Below are positions 30,052 to 39,446 of a DNA stretch of 48,526 nt, piece by piece. The number at the start of each line of letters is the position of its first letter. Position 1 is the stretch's first letter. The notes beneath the pieces are model-generated. The model was not told the DNA's origin. It saw only the letters and a program-made list of their open reading frames with translations, and ran no database searches. Location of the stretch: NCBI GenBank assembly GCA_903922175.1, contig CAIXSY010000429.1:1-48526 (forward strand), read 5' to 3'. This stretch comes from an uncultured delta proteobacterium. Lineage in GTDB: Bacteria; Bdellovibrionota_C; UBA2361; CAIXSY01. The position numbers were made by a program, and so were the translations under genes.

Positions 30052-30163
30052 GCGTAGTTCCTAAAAGGACAACAACAGGCGTTGTTTGTTCTTTTTATAG
30101 ATACAAGGATTAAAGAGTTACGATCTAAGTTTGTTCGTGTGAATCGAGAGTTGCGAAAAGTAA

Positions 30164-30560
30164 TGTGGCTCGTTGGTCGTGTTTGTGTGGCTCGTCGGTC
30201 GTGAGTAGCGATAAAAAATGTGGCTCGCGGGTCGAGAAAATGTGGCCTGTTGGTCGTTAGCGATGCAAAAAATGTGGCTCGTCGGTCGTTGGGCAAAAAG
30301 CCAAAAATGTGGCTCGTTGGTCGATGCGGATGGCGTAACGCCGTAGGAGTGATGCGGCGGCCACGTGCGTTATGCGCGGTTTTAAGCCCTCTTATATTTG
30401 AGAAGGCTAGGAAATGTGGCTCGTAGGTCGATACGTTGGGTGTAAAAAGTGGCTCATCGGTCGATAGCCTGAGTGAAAAATGTGACTCGTCGGTCGTGTG
30501 CGCAGCTAAAAATGTGGCTCGTCGGTCGTGTAGTGTTGGAAAAATGTGGCTCGTTGGTCG
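30164..30560. repeat. Iteron array 1 (origin): 11 copies of TGTGGCTCGTYGGTCG
   Basis: Copies at 30164, 30186, 30219, 30241, 30273, 30308, 30415, 30448, 30481, 30513, 30545; spacings mostly 22 or 32-33 bp; directly upstream of repA1. Confidence 0.88.
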
Positions 30561-31100
30561 TGGGAAAGTGACGACGTGGCAGCGGGTCTCTAAGGAAGCC
30601 CCCCCGCGTAGTACCGTTCTAGTAATTAGTTTGTCGGCCCTCACTGTCCCTACTCTTCTCGCTTTGCAAAAAAACGCGGCAGGATTTGTAGCTCGGAAAA
30701 AAATTTCGGCTACACAGATATTGCCTTGACTAAAGAAGGGATTTGGCCTTAGAGTCCTTACACATTGAGCGACTCAAAGGTTTATCTTCTCTGCCAAGAA
30801 AGAAAGACCAAACAAAGAAAGTACCCTGCCAGGTGCTTTTTTTGTTGGTTAAGCTTAAGTATCAAATAAGGTTCTATTATTCCTATATTTAAATTCTGCC
30901 TGTTTAAAGTGCATATTTACTTTAAAGCGCTTAAAGTTCTATCAAAAAGCTCGCAGACTTCATAGTCTTTTCTAGAAATGCGCGGACTATTTACGGCGCT
31001 ATTTTGTTAGCCCCTGATGGGCTGCAACTTGCAACGTGTAACTTCCATCTCGCTTAAGTCGTATCAGGTGCAAGGCTTTGTGTCATTATGCAAAATGACG

Positions 31101-31690
31101 TTGTATGCCTCTATAGAGGCATACAAGTATCTGAAGTTGTTTGAGTATGCCTCTATAGAGGCATACAGAGCTTGACTCAACATAGGCAGCGCTTTTGTGT
31201 GCCTCTACTCAGTAGGATCGCTAGTTTTTTAAATGGTGCGTGTGTGCCTCTATAGAGGCACACAAATTAGCAGAGCTCGATGCAACGATTTGTGTAGAGG
31301 CATACAAAGCGTTTGAGTGCCTCCATACAGAGGCTAAATTTCACTCACTACGCGCTTAAGTCAACATGTACCGGGTGTCTTCTTAGAAACCAATGCTATG
31401 CCGCCTAGGAGGCTTCGTAGTGAGAGATTCTTCATCTGTCTATGCCCGGGGTGGTAGAAAAAAACTGCGGAGCTCTTGGGGCATTTCTGGCTGCTGAAAA
31501 ATTTAGCGTACATTTTGTATGCCTCTATAGAGGCATACAGAATATCTGCGCATGCACTGACTGTTTCTTTGTGTGCCTCTATAGAGGCACACAGTGTTAC
31601 CTCATCACAATTAGTCCGACCATGTATGCCTCTATAGAGGCATACACGCGCAGTTTCCATATTGCATGAGTGCCTCTATAGAGGCATACA
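31101..31690. repeat. Cluster of palindromic parS/operator-like sites TGTRTGCCTCTATAGAGGCAYACA
   Basis: Seven full core palindromes (about 31101, 31145, 31241, 31516, 31570, 31623, 31671) plus half sites, upstream of parA1. Confidence 0.85.
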
Positions 31691-31731
31691 TTTTAGGATA
31701 CCAAATTACATTAACAGTGAGGGCTACTGCC

Positions 31732-32703
31732 GTGAAATTTCCTAAAACTCAAGTAATTGCGCTTGCAAATCAAAAAGGCGGATGTGGAAAAACCACCTCT
31801 GCTATCTCGATAGCGGCTACTTTTGCACACCTTGGGTATTCAGCAGCGATTGTGGACACTGATCAGCAGTGTAATGCCACTATGCATTTTGGCGTATCTC
31901 CCGATGAGCTCTTTGCGCAGGGCAAGCACACGGTGCTAGACGCCTATATGGCGAAGAGGGCCGCTATTAATTTTCAAATTGGTTTCGGGGAGAGATTTAA
32001 TAACAAATTATTTCTGGTGCCCGGGAACAAGTCCTTAAAATCTATCGGTCCTCGCTTTGACCTTGAAGTTCAAGTTGAACTTACAAAACCAAATAGAGCA
32101 GACATTGATGGAGACGATGTACGTAGAGAGCAGCGTTTTCGGTTGCGAGACTCGTTAAATAGTCTACGCGGTGTTCACGACGTCGTCATCATAGACACTC
32201 CTCCGGACCTAGATTTCATAATGACTTCAGCCTTGGCAGCAGCCGATTGGTTTATCGTGCCGGTTTTCCCGTCTGGCTATGACCTTGATGGTTTAAAAAA
32301 CCTTATTACTACGGTTAACAAGGTACGCAGCAAGTTTAATCCCGATCTAAAACTTGCAGGTATATTGCTAGGTAATGTGGAGCCGAATCGTAAGCTTCAC
32401 TCCGAGATACACGGCATTTTATGCGCCAACTTTGGTAAAGAAGCAGTTTTTCAGACGACTATTGGTCATGGCGTAAAAATGCAGGAGCTAACGGTTCTTA
32501 AGCGCACAGTTTTTGAGCACGAGCCTTCAAAGCGCCAGGCTGAAGAGTATAAGGCGTTAGTTGGAGAGATGATAAATAGAGGAACACGCGGGAAATATGC
32601 GCTCACACCGCTGCCGGATATGAATGAATTTTCCGAACGCGTTGAAAATGTAACCGATATGAATTTAAGTCCTGAGGCGTTGTTGGAGGTTGCAAATGGC
32701 TAA
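31732..32703 (+). CDS. parA: ParA/Soj partition ATPase, copy 1
   Basis: ANQKGGCGKTT, VDTD.Q.NAT, IIDTPP; start placed at GTG 31732 by alignment with copy 2. Confidence 0.92.
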   Translation: MKFPKTQVIALANQKGGCGKTTSAISIAATFAHLGYSAAIVDTDQQCNATMHFGVSPDELFAQGKHTVLDAYMAKRAAINFQIGFGERFNNKLFLVPGNKSLKSIGPRFDLEVQVELTKPNRADIDGDDVRREQRFRLRDSLNSLRGVHDVVIIDTPPDLDFIMTSALAAADWFIVPVFPSGYDLDGLKNLITTVNKVRSKFNPDLKLAGILLGNVEPNRKLHSEIHGILCANFGKEAVFQTTIGHGVKMQELTVLKRTVFEHEPSKRQAEEYKALVGEMINRGTRGKYALTPLPDMNEFSERVENVTDMNLSPEALLEVANG

Positions 32704-33328
32704 GGAGAAGGCTGGATTACCTGCAGGTTTTGACTTAGGTGTCTCAATTGATGACGTGGACCGGCCGGTTAGTCTTCCAAGCTACCTAGACTATGATCCG
32801 GCGGTGGATTTGGCGCGCGAAAGAGCAAAAATAGTTCAGACGCAGGCGGTGCAAGTAGCGCCCCCAGTACAAGTCACACCACGCGTAGAAAGTAGGCCAA
32901 GTGTTCCTACGCTTGAGCCACAAAGAGCGAAAGTGGCCCCGCAAGCACCCGAGCAGAAAACGACAGATGAAGTTTTAGTAGCACGGAACAAAAAGAGGGC
33001 TGAACAAAGAGCTCAAATGCTTATTAGAAGACTTCAGGTTAACTTAACTGCTGAAGTTGAAAGGCAAGCGCATGAGCTGCTTGAGCTTCTAAGCGCGCAG
33101 AGCGCCGATAACCGGATAACTGTTAGTGAGGTCATTCAGGGGCTAATTATGAGTCTCTTCGAAGCTAGGGGAGAGATAAATATAAGTATGCTTCCGCAGC
33201 GGGGGAGGTGGGGTTCTCCCACGGCCAAATCTTTTCCATCCGAACTTGCGCACTCCTTTAAGGAAGCGATTGTTTCTTTGGATCAAAAGCTTGGTCCTAA
33301 CGCTTTTAGAAAGGCTTCGGGTGCCTAA
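32696..33328 (+). CDS. ParA partner, putative centromere-binding protein (non-ParB, possibly RHH-like)
   Basis: Overlaps the parA end, GGAGG RBS; Pro/Ala-rich linker, then RRLQVNL strand-helix-helix and RGRWGS.TA..F. Confidence 0.7.
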   Translation: MAKEKAGLPAGFDLGVSIDDVDRPVSLPSYLDYDPAVDLARERAKIVQTQAVQVAPPVQVTPRVESRPSVPTLEPQRAKVAPQAPEQKTTDEVLVARNKKRAEQRAQMLIRRLQVNLTAEVERQAHELLELLSAQSADNRITVSEVIQGLIMSLFEARGEINISMLPQRGRWGSPTAKSFPSELAHSFKEAIVSLDQKLGPNAFRKASGA

Positions 33329-33345
33329 ATTTCAAATGCTATCCA

Positions 33346-33367
33346 GTATGCCTCTATAGAGGCATAC
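33346..33367. promoter_or_regulatory. parS/operator-like palindrome upstream of parA2
   Basis: GTATGCCTCTATAGAGGCATAC. Confidence 0.8.
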
Positions 33368-33393
33368 ATGATTATCGTTCTTTACAGGGAAGT

Positions 33394-34347
33394 ATGAGGC
33401 TACTTAAAACCCAGGTCATCTGTCTTGCAAACCAAATTGGCGGCTGCGGCAAGACCTCAAGTGCAGTTTCCATGGGAGCTGCTTTTGCAACGCTTGGCTA
33501 TTCAGTCTGTCTAGTTGATGCAGACCCACTGTGTAACCTGAGCATGAGTTTTGGCATTAACTGCGACAATCTCTACCGCGAAGGAAAGTGCACACTGGCT
33601 GATGCGTTTCTTAAAAAAAAGCCGGCAGTTGAAATTAAGCAAGACTTCGAGGGCCGTTTCCCCGCGCTACTCTCCCTGGTCCCTGGAAATCACGGCCTCT
33701 CATCTTCTTCGGTAAAACTCGAGGCGCAGCTCCAAGGACTGATTGCAGGTAACGAGATCTCGTCTATGGATGCTGATGATCATCGTAATGAGCATCGTCT
33801 GCGACTTCGAAAATCAATTGAGAGTCTTAGAGGCGTGTACGATATCGTCCTCATCGATACAGCACCAAATCTTGATTTTGTGATGACTGCTGCTCTCGTT
33901 GCTTCCGACTGGTTTATCATTCCCGTATTCCCGTCCGGCTACGATCTAAGTGGCCTTGAATTACTGCTGCGCACCGTTGAACGCGTGCGTGCTCGCTTTA
34001 ATCCTGAGCTAAGACTCGCCGGAGTGCTTCTCGGAAATTACGATAGAAATACCAAACTAGATTGCCAGATTCACGATCTGTTGAAGAAACAATTCACAGA
34101 ACAGTCAGTCTTTCAGACTACTATTGGCCGCTCGGTGCGTTATCGTGAGGCAACCTTTGGGATGGTTACCGTGTTCGAAATGCCAGAGGCTGCACCTCAA
34201 GCAGAACAGTATCTGGCCTTAGTAAAAGAGATGATTAACCGAGGAGCGAAGGGGATTGTTGGGCAAACCGCCAATCCGCTCCCAAGTGTAGCAGACCTGT
34301 CAAGACTTGCAGCACAGGAAGAGGTTCAAGGAGTAGTAAATGGCTAA
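33394..34347 (+). CDS. parA: ParA ATPase, copy 2 (signature Lys replaced by Ile)
   Basis: ANQIGGCGKTS; shares DWFI.PVFPSGYDL.GL, VFQTTIG and EMINRG with copy 1. Confidence 0.88.
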   Translation: MRLLKTQVICLANQIGGCGKTSSAVSMGAAFATLGYSVCLVDADPLCNLSMSFGINCDNLYREGKCTLADAFLKKKPAVEIKQDFEGRFPALLSLVPGNHGLSSSSVKLEAQLQGLIAGNEISSMDADDHRNEHRLRLRKSIESLRGVYDIVLIDTAPNLDFVMTAALVASDWFIIPVFPSGYDLSGLELLLRTVERVRARFNPELRLAGVLLGNYDRNTKLDCQIHDLLKKQFTEQSVFQTTIGRSVRYREATFGMVTVFEMPEAAPQAEQYLALVKEMINRGAKGIVGQTANPLPSVADLSRLAAQEEVQGVVNG

Positions 34348-35007
34348 AACTACGATATGAGGGTTAACTGAGGGCTACGATTTAGATATTCCCCAAAGTG
34401 CACCCGCCCTGATAGGTGATTATTTGCAAGAACTAGATGCTGCGCCGATAAATGCGTACCGAAAAGTTGAGCCGCGCCCAGCACCTTCGTTTCCAAAGTC
34501 ACCGCTTGCAAGAGCTCCCGCTGTTCATGCACCGCTTGTGATGCAGCCAGAAAGTAGGCCTACAGGGTATGCGCTGGGAAATGTTGCTCTCGCACCAGAG
34601 ACCTCTCCTGAAGCTACTATGCTTGATCGGGCATCTGTGGTCACTGCGCAACCGGCGCCAAGAGCTTTTGCACACGCACCTAGCTTAGAGACTCAGGCGG
34701 TGCCACGTGTCAGCCCACCTACTTTTCATGACAAGGTCATACCAATTAAAGATGCGCCACCTAAAAGGCGAGATGAGATTCGGACACAGGTAAATTTAGA
34801 CGGAGAGGCCAAAAAATGCTCTCCGAAGTATTCGTAGGCTTGCTGCGCTCGCTACATGGGGCACGAAGCTACTTTGACCCCAGTGGAATCGGGAGAAGGG
34901 GAGCTTGGGGGTCCGTTACTGCCCGTAACTTCCCGGTCGCCCTTGGGCACGCCTTTGAAAAGGCGATTTTTGAGGCCTATCAAGGTAAAAACACAGGATC
35001 GCTTTAA
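34340..35007 (+). pseudogene. Disrupted paralogue of the ParA partner gene
   Basis: MAKTTI*GLTEGYDL has an in-frame TGA at 34358-34360; frameshift plus deletion near 34811-34816; last part SEVFVGL...RRGAWGSVTARNF aligns with copy 1. Confidence 0.8.
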
Positions 35008-35095
35008 ACATAGCTTTGGGGTATCACCAATATTTGGGACACAGTTGTGAGACCCGTTAGGAGAGGGAGCTAGCCCGACTTTCTAATACTATCTA

Positions 35096-35117
35096 GTGTG
35101 CCTCTGTAGAGGCATAC
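35096..35117. promoter_or_regulatory. Imperfect parS/operator-like palindrome
   Basis: GTGTGCCTCTGTAGAGGCATAC. Confidence 0.7.
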
Positions 35118-35432
35118 ACGATTGTCTTTCTTTATAGGGAAGTGAGGGGACTCTTGCTGTGAGACCTTTAAAACTGCGAGTAGAATGGTGCTTCTTTTGG
35201 AGAATCGCAGGATACACAGTAGCTTTCAGTCGGCAGACCGAAAGGTGACTTGCTCCATCTGGGTGAAAATTACCTAGAATTGTCCCTTCCATCAATCCCG
35301 CAATCGAAAAGCCAAATAGGGTACGTGTACCCGTTCCAAAATGCTCCCTGTATATTTATTTTTTGCAGCAGGAAACTTTGGGCCGAAATATTCGAAAACT
35401 AAATATCCGGGCTTTCTGAAGAGCGTTGGACA

Positions 35433-35679
35433 TACCGTCATTTCGGACACGGAACGGGTGGATTGTCCCCAGCACTAAGTACCGTCATTTGGGACACAGA
35501 TAGGGCTCTAATGCGCCGTCGTTAAGGTCCAAGGCTAGTGTAATTTCGGCTTGCACGTCTACCGTTATTTCGGGCACGAGTAACCCGTTATTTGGGACAC
35601 AAAACTACCGCCATTTGGAGCACCGTAATGCTGGCATTTGGGACACGAAAGATTTGGGCAGTACCGTCATTGGGGGCAC
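35433..35679. repeat. Iteron array 2 (origin): about 7 copies of TACCGTYATTTSGGRCAC
   Basis: Copies near 35433, 35480, 35560, 35583, 35606, 35629, 35662; three consecutive 23-bp spacings; upstream of repA2. Confidence 0.82.
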
Positions 35680-35791
35680 AAAGAGCAGTGCTTACCTGTT
35701 GAACCGCTTAGCGTTTTTTGCAGGTAACTCTTGTTCTTAAAACTTATAAAAGAAACAACATAGCGTTGCTGCTTCTTTGGGGAATTAACTA

Positions 35792-37267
35792 ATGGAAGAA
35801 TACAAGTTCTCGAACGAGCCAACACAGGCACCTGCCCAAATGCCGGTGAGTAACCCGTATCGTGACGAACTCAATTTCGCCGAGTTTCCGCTCGCAGCTC
35901 TCTCCGACACGGTCCCGCAAGGACAGAAAACTCTTACTTTTGAGGACCAGATTTTCGATGAGGGAAACAGAAAGCTCGTCACACGGCAGCTTAAAATTAG
36001 CGCTTCTGACGAATATGGTCTTCCAACCGCAAAAGACGATGAGGTTGTTCTTGGGCTCCTCCAACTTAGCAGTTTGGGCGGTTTTAGAGATCGAAAGCTT
36101 TATTTTACCCGCTACGAATTAATAAAGCTTTTGGGCTGGGAAGATAGTACGAGTTCCTACGCCCGAATCGAACAGTCGCTTAAACGCTGGATCGGCACGA
36201 CCCTGTATTATAAAAACGCTTGGTGGGACAAGGTCGAAAAGAGCTGGGTGGATGAGGCCTTTCACATCATTGACCACGTCACCATTTATGATGCAGAGCG
36301 GCGCTTAAAGCGTGTCGCTTCCAGTGGTGAGGACTCCCATGTCGGCAAATCGTTTGTGTTGTGGAGCGAGAGGGTTTTTAATAGCTTCGAGGCGGGGTAC
36401 CTTAAACGGCTCGACTTGGAGCTCTACAAGACCCTTAAAAGTCAGATCTCGAAGAGGTTGTACCGCTTTCTTGATAAACGCTTGTATCAGAAGCGAGAGC
36501 TTGAGTTCCCACTTCGGCTCTTTGCGCTTGAGAAAATTGGGCTTAGCCGGAAATACCACAATGGGGAGATTAAGAGGCGCCTTACACCAGCTATTCTTGA
36601 GTTAGAGGAGCTTGGGTTTTTAAAACCGTTGCCGCCGGAGAGACGCTTTGTGCAGACCGGACGAGGCGAGTGGAAAGTGGTGTTTGTGAAGGGGGGAGTG
36701 AGCGCTGAGGTAGCTCTAGAGAAGGCCGATCTGGATCCGCTTGTTTGCGATCTGGTAAAAAGAGGGATATCTGAGGGAGTTGCCAAAAGGCTTGTAGCCA
36801 CGAAGACAAAAGAGGAGATCCAAAACCAGATGGAGGTGTTTGATTATTTACTCGAACACAAAGATCCAAAGGTGTCCAAAAATCCAGCCGGGTTTTTGGT
36901 ATCTGCGATAGGGAAGGGGTTTGGAGCGCCGAGAGGCTATGTGGGAAAAGCAGAGAGGGAGGCATCGCTAAGAGAGCATGAAGTTAAGGCAAAACAGGTT
37001 TTGGCAGCTCAAGATAGGAGGGTAAAGCTTCAGCAGGAAACAGAGGAGACGGAACGTGCCACGCTTTCTTCGTTTTGGGAGGCGCTTTCTTCTGGGGATA
37101 AGCAGGCTTTTGAGGTAGAGGCCGTCTCGCATGCGGACTCCTTCCTTAAAAAAACTTATTTTGGTGAAATGGCTCGGGGTGGAAATCTGTTCTTGGCAAC
37201 AAGGCAAAACATTATCAACGCACACATACGGCGAAAGCTTGGAGAGCAAGCGGCCAAAGCTGCCTAA
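35792..37267 (+). CDS. repA: Plasmid replication initiator RepA, copy 2
   Basis: DELNFAEFPL, GLPT.KD..V.LGL, FTRYELI, RLYRFLDKR, NPAGFL. Confidence 0.85.
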   Translation: MEEYKFSNEPTQAPAQMPVSNPYRDELNFAEFPLAALSDTVPQGQKTLTFEDQIFDEGNRKLVTRQLKISASDEYGLPTAKDDEVVLGLLQLSSLGGFRDRKLYFTRYELIKLLGWEDSTSSYARIEQSLKRWIGTTLYYKNAWWDKVEKSWVDEAFHIIDHVTIYDAERRLKRVASSGEDSHVGKSFVLWSERVFNSFEAGYLKRLDLELYKTLKSQISKRLYRFLDKRLYQKRELEFPLRLFALEKIGLSRKYHNGEIKRRLTPAILELEELGFLKPLPPERRFVQTGRGEWKVVFVKGGVSAEVALEKADLDPLVCDLVKRGISEGVAKRLVATKTKEEIQNQMEVFDYLLEHKDPKVSKNPAGFLVSAIGKGFGAPRGYVGKAEREASLREHEVKAKQVLAAQDRRVKLQQETEETERATLSSFWEALSSGDKQAFEVEAVSHADSFLKKTYFGEMARGGNLFLATRQNIINAHIRRKLGEQAAKAA

Positions 37268-37505
37268 TTGACCGATAATGAATTTTGTCCAATGGCGCCC
37301 AAAGAAAGATGTTCCACGCGCATTGCCGGCCGAGTAGGGGAGTAGCTTTTTAGTTAAGAGAATTTAAGGGATAGGGCACTTACCCACATAGGGCGGCTAC
37401 AAGTTGGGGAGGTGTTCCACGGTTTTGATTACCAAAGGGATAGTTCTAATGGTGATAGTTGGGGGGAGCCCCTAAATCCACCTTTTTTGGTTATAAAAGC
37501 ATTTC

Positions 37506-37555
37506 TTGCTTATGGGTTGTTTCAGTGTTATAGTATATTTCAGCATATGTTGAAA
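37506..37555 (+). promoter_or_regulatory. Putative promoter and palindromic operator of the AbiE-like operon
   Basis: TTGCTT-17 bp-TATAGT (extended -10), followed by TTTCAGCATATGTTGAAA (16/18 palindrome). Confidence 0.5.
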
Positions 37556-38626
37556 CAGCTCAAAATAATGAGAGAGACTCCGACAAAAGCCTACCTTTCT
37601 TTCTCACTAAGAGTCATCGAGCAGTGTTTCTCCGAGGTGCCCTCGTGTGCGCTTAAATTATCGCCGTGCAAAGACCCAGCAATGAAAGACTCTATCGACG
37701 CTCTAGGGACGCTTCGTAATGGTGCAAAAGAGGTAACGCTCCTTGTTGTAATACGAAGTAGCGGGGAGCCTCGTTTTGTACGGGAAGCCCTAAATGCGCT
37801 TATGCGCTTTGGGGCCTCCAAACAATCCTCTTATGGCCTCTTTGTGGCTCCCTATATTAGCGATGAGGGGGCGGCGATGCTTTCTTCCCAAAATGTTGGA
37901 TATGTCGACCTTTCGGGTAACTGTCGCATTAGCACTCAGGGGATATTTATACGCCAAGAAGGCCGCCCTAACCTATTTGCTAAGAAACGAGATCTTCGCT
38001 CTCTTTATTCGCCAAAAGCAGAGCGGGTGCTCCGAGCACTTTTAGTCGAGCCAAAACGTTTGTGGAAGGTAAAAGACATTTCTGAGGTAGCCGCGGTAAG
38101 CTTGGGGCAGGTGTCAAACGTAAAAAAACTTCTTGATGCACGCGAGTGGTTAAGCGAGAGGGAAGGGGGATTTGGTTTAGAGGCTCCCGAAAAGCTTCTA
38201 TCGGAGTGGGCGGCAAATTATAGGTTTACACGTCACAAGAGCTTTGAATTCTATAGTGATGAGGCTACAAGTAGCATTGAGCAGTCACTGGCAGAAAGTA
38301 GAGGTGGCGCTACTTTGGGCGTTTTGACAGGCTTTTCTGCAGCCGCAAGACTTTCTCCTATGGTGCGCTATAAAAAGGTAAGCGCATTTGTGCGTCAAAG
38401 TGCCTCTACCGTTGCCTCCAATCTTGGGTTAAAGCCCGTAACTAGCGGCGGCAATGTGCAACTTATTGAGCCCTATGATAATGGTGTCTTTTTGGGGGTG
38501 CGGTTTTTGGCAGGCCTTGAAATAGTCTCTCCGGTACAAACTTATCTTGACCTTCGAAGTATTGCCGGCCGGGGAGAAGAAGCCGCAGAGGCTGTCCTTA
38601 GGGAGGTACTAAAACCCTCATGGTAA
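37547..38626 (+). CDS. Type IV TA AbiEi-family antitoxin / transcriptional regulator
   Basis: APYIS, YVDLSGNC.I, HTH (VSLGQVS), LL.EWA.NY, LTG..AA, VSP.QTYLDL....GRG.EAA; start uncertain. Confidence 0.8.
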   Translation: MLKQLKIMRETPTKAYLSFSLRVIEQCFSEVPSCALKLSPCKDPAMKDSIDALGTLRNGAKEVTLLVVIRSSGEPRFVREALNALMRFGASKQSSYGLFVAPYISDEGAAMLSSQNVGYVDLSGNCRISTQGIFIRQEGRPNLFAKKRDLRSLYSPKAERVLRALLVEPKRLWKVKDISEVAAVSLGQVSNVKKLLDAREWLSEREGGFGLEAPEKLLSEWAANYRFTRHKSFEFYSDEATSSIEQSLAESRGGATLGVLTGFSAAARLSPMVRYKKVSAFVRQSASTVASNLGLKPVTSGGNVQLIEPYDNGVFLGVRFLAGLEIVSPVQTYLDLRSIAGRGEEAAEAVLREVLKPSW

Positions 38627-39443
38627 ATTCGCGAACCGATTATTCCGAGCACGCCACGGCGGCTGCGCGCATGGTGCTTTTGGAGCTCGTGCGTATTCTT
38701 GGCGCTTATAAGGACGAGCTTGTACTTGTTGGAGGCTGGGTTCCTGAGCTCCTCTTTAGTCGTGCAAACCAAATCACGTCGGTAGCACCGATGTCGACCT
38801 AGCCCTTAATCACCGCAGCATCAGTGACGATCAGTACCAGAGCATTTTAAAAGCGCTCCTTGAGCATGGCTACGTACAGGGAGAGCAGCCATTTATGTTC
38901 TTTCGCAAGGTTTCTATAGCGGGGCACTCGGTAAACGTGCAGGTTGACCTACTTGCGGGCGAATATGGAGGGAGCACGAAAAGGCATCGGCATCAAACGG
39001 TACAAGACCTCAAGGCCCGAAAGGCAAGGGGATGCGATCTCGCGTTTGAGATTACAGAGCGGGTTAGAATTGACGGGGTGCTGCCTGAAGGTGCTAAAGA
39101 TAGCGCTGAAATTCAGGTGGCCGGAGTTGTGCCTTTTCTCATTATGAAAGCAATGGCGCTGGCCGACCGTTTGAAGCCCAAAGATGCCTGGGATATTTAC
39201 TTTTGCCTTATAAATTATGCCGGAGGTACTGGCGCACTAGCCGAAGCATTTCGTCCCCACTTAAAAAACAAGTTAGTTGAGGAGGGACTTGGTAAAATGC
39301 GTGATAAGTTTGCCTCGACTCAGCATGTTGGCCCCAAGTGGTGTGCTGATTTCGATGAGATACGAGATGAGGAGGATAGAGCCATTCGCATACGAGACGC
39401 TCATGAACGGGTGGCCGATCTTTTGAGGCGTCTTGGGTTTTGA
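38620..39443 (+). pseudogene. AbiEii-like nucleotidyltransferase, frameshifted near 38765
   Basis: VLVGGWVPELL in one frame; HVGSTDVDLAL continues in the frame of ORF 38895-39443 (MKA.A..DR...KDA.DIY). Confidence 0.8.
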
Positions 39444-39446
39444 GGA

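Noticed and set aside
30048-30644. 198-aa ORF with repeated DRRATF/RPTSHI peptides, or a CRISPR array
   Set aside because: It is the translation of iteron array 1; the repeats are 16 bp with helical phasing next to repA.
31101-31690. CRISPR-like appearance (24-bp palindromic repeats spaced about 44-54 bp)
   Set aside because: Spacing is irregular, the palindromes have no loop, there are half sites and dispersed copies beside the par genes, and no cas genes are present; a centromere/operator fits better.
34358-34360. TGA recoding or an alternative genetic code
   Set aside because: Many intact genes here end in TGA, and the same gene carries a second, independent lesion.
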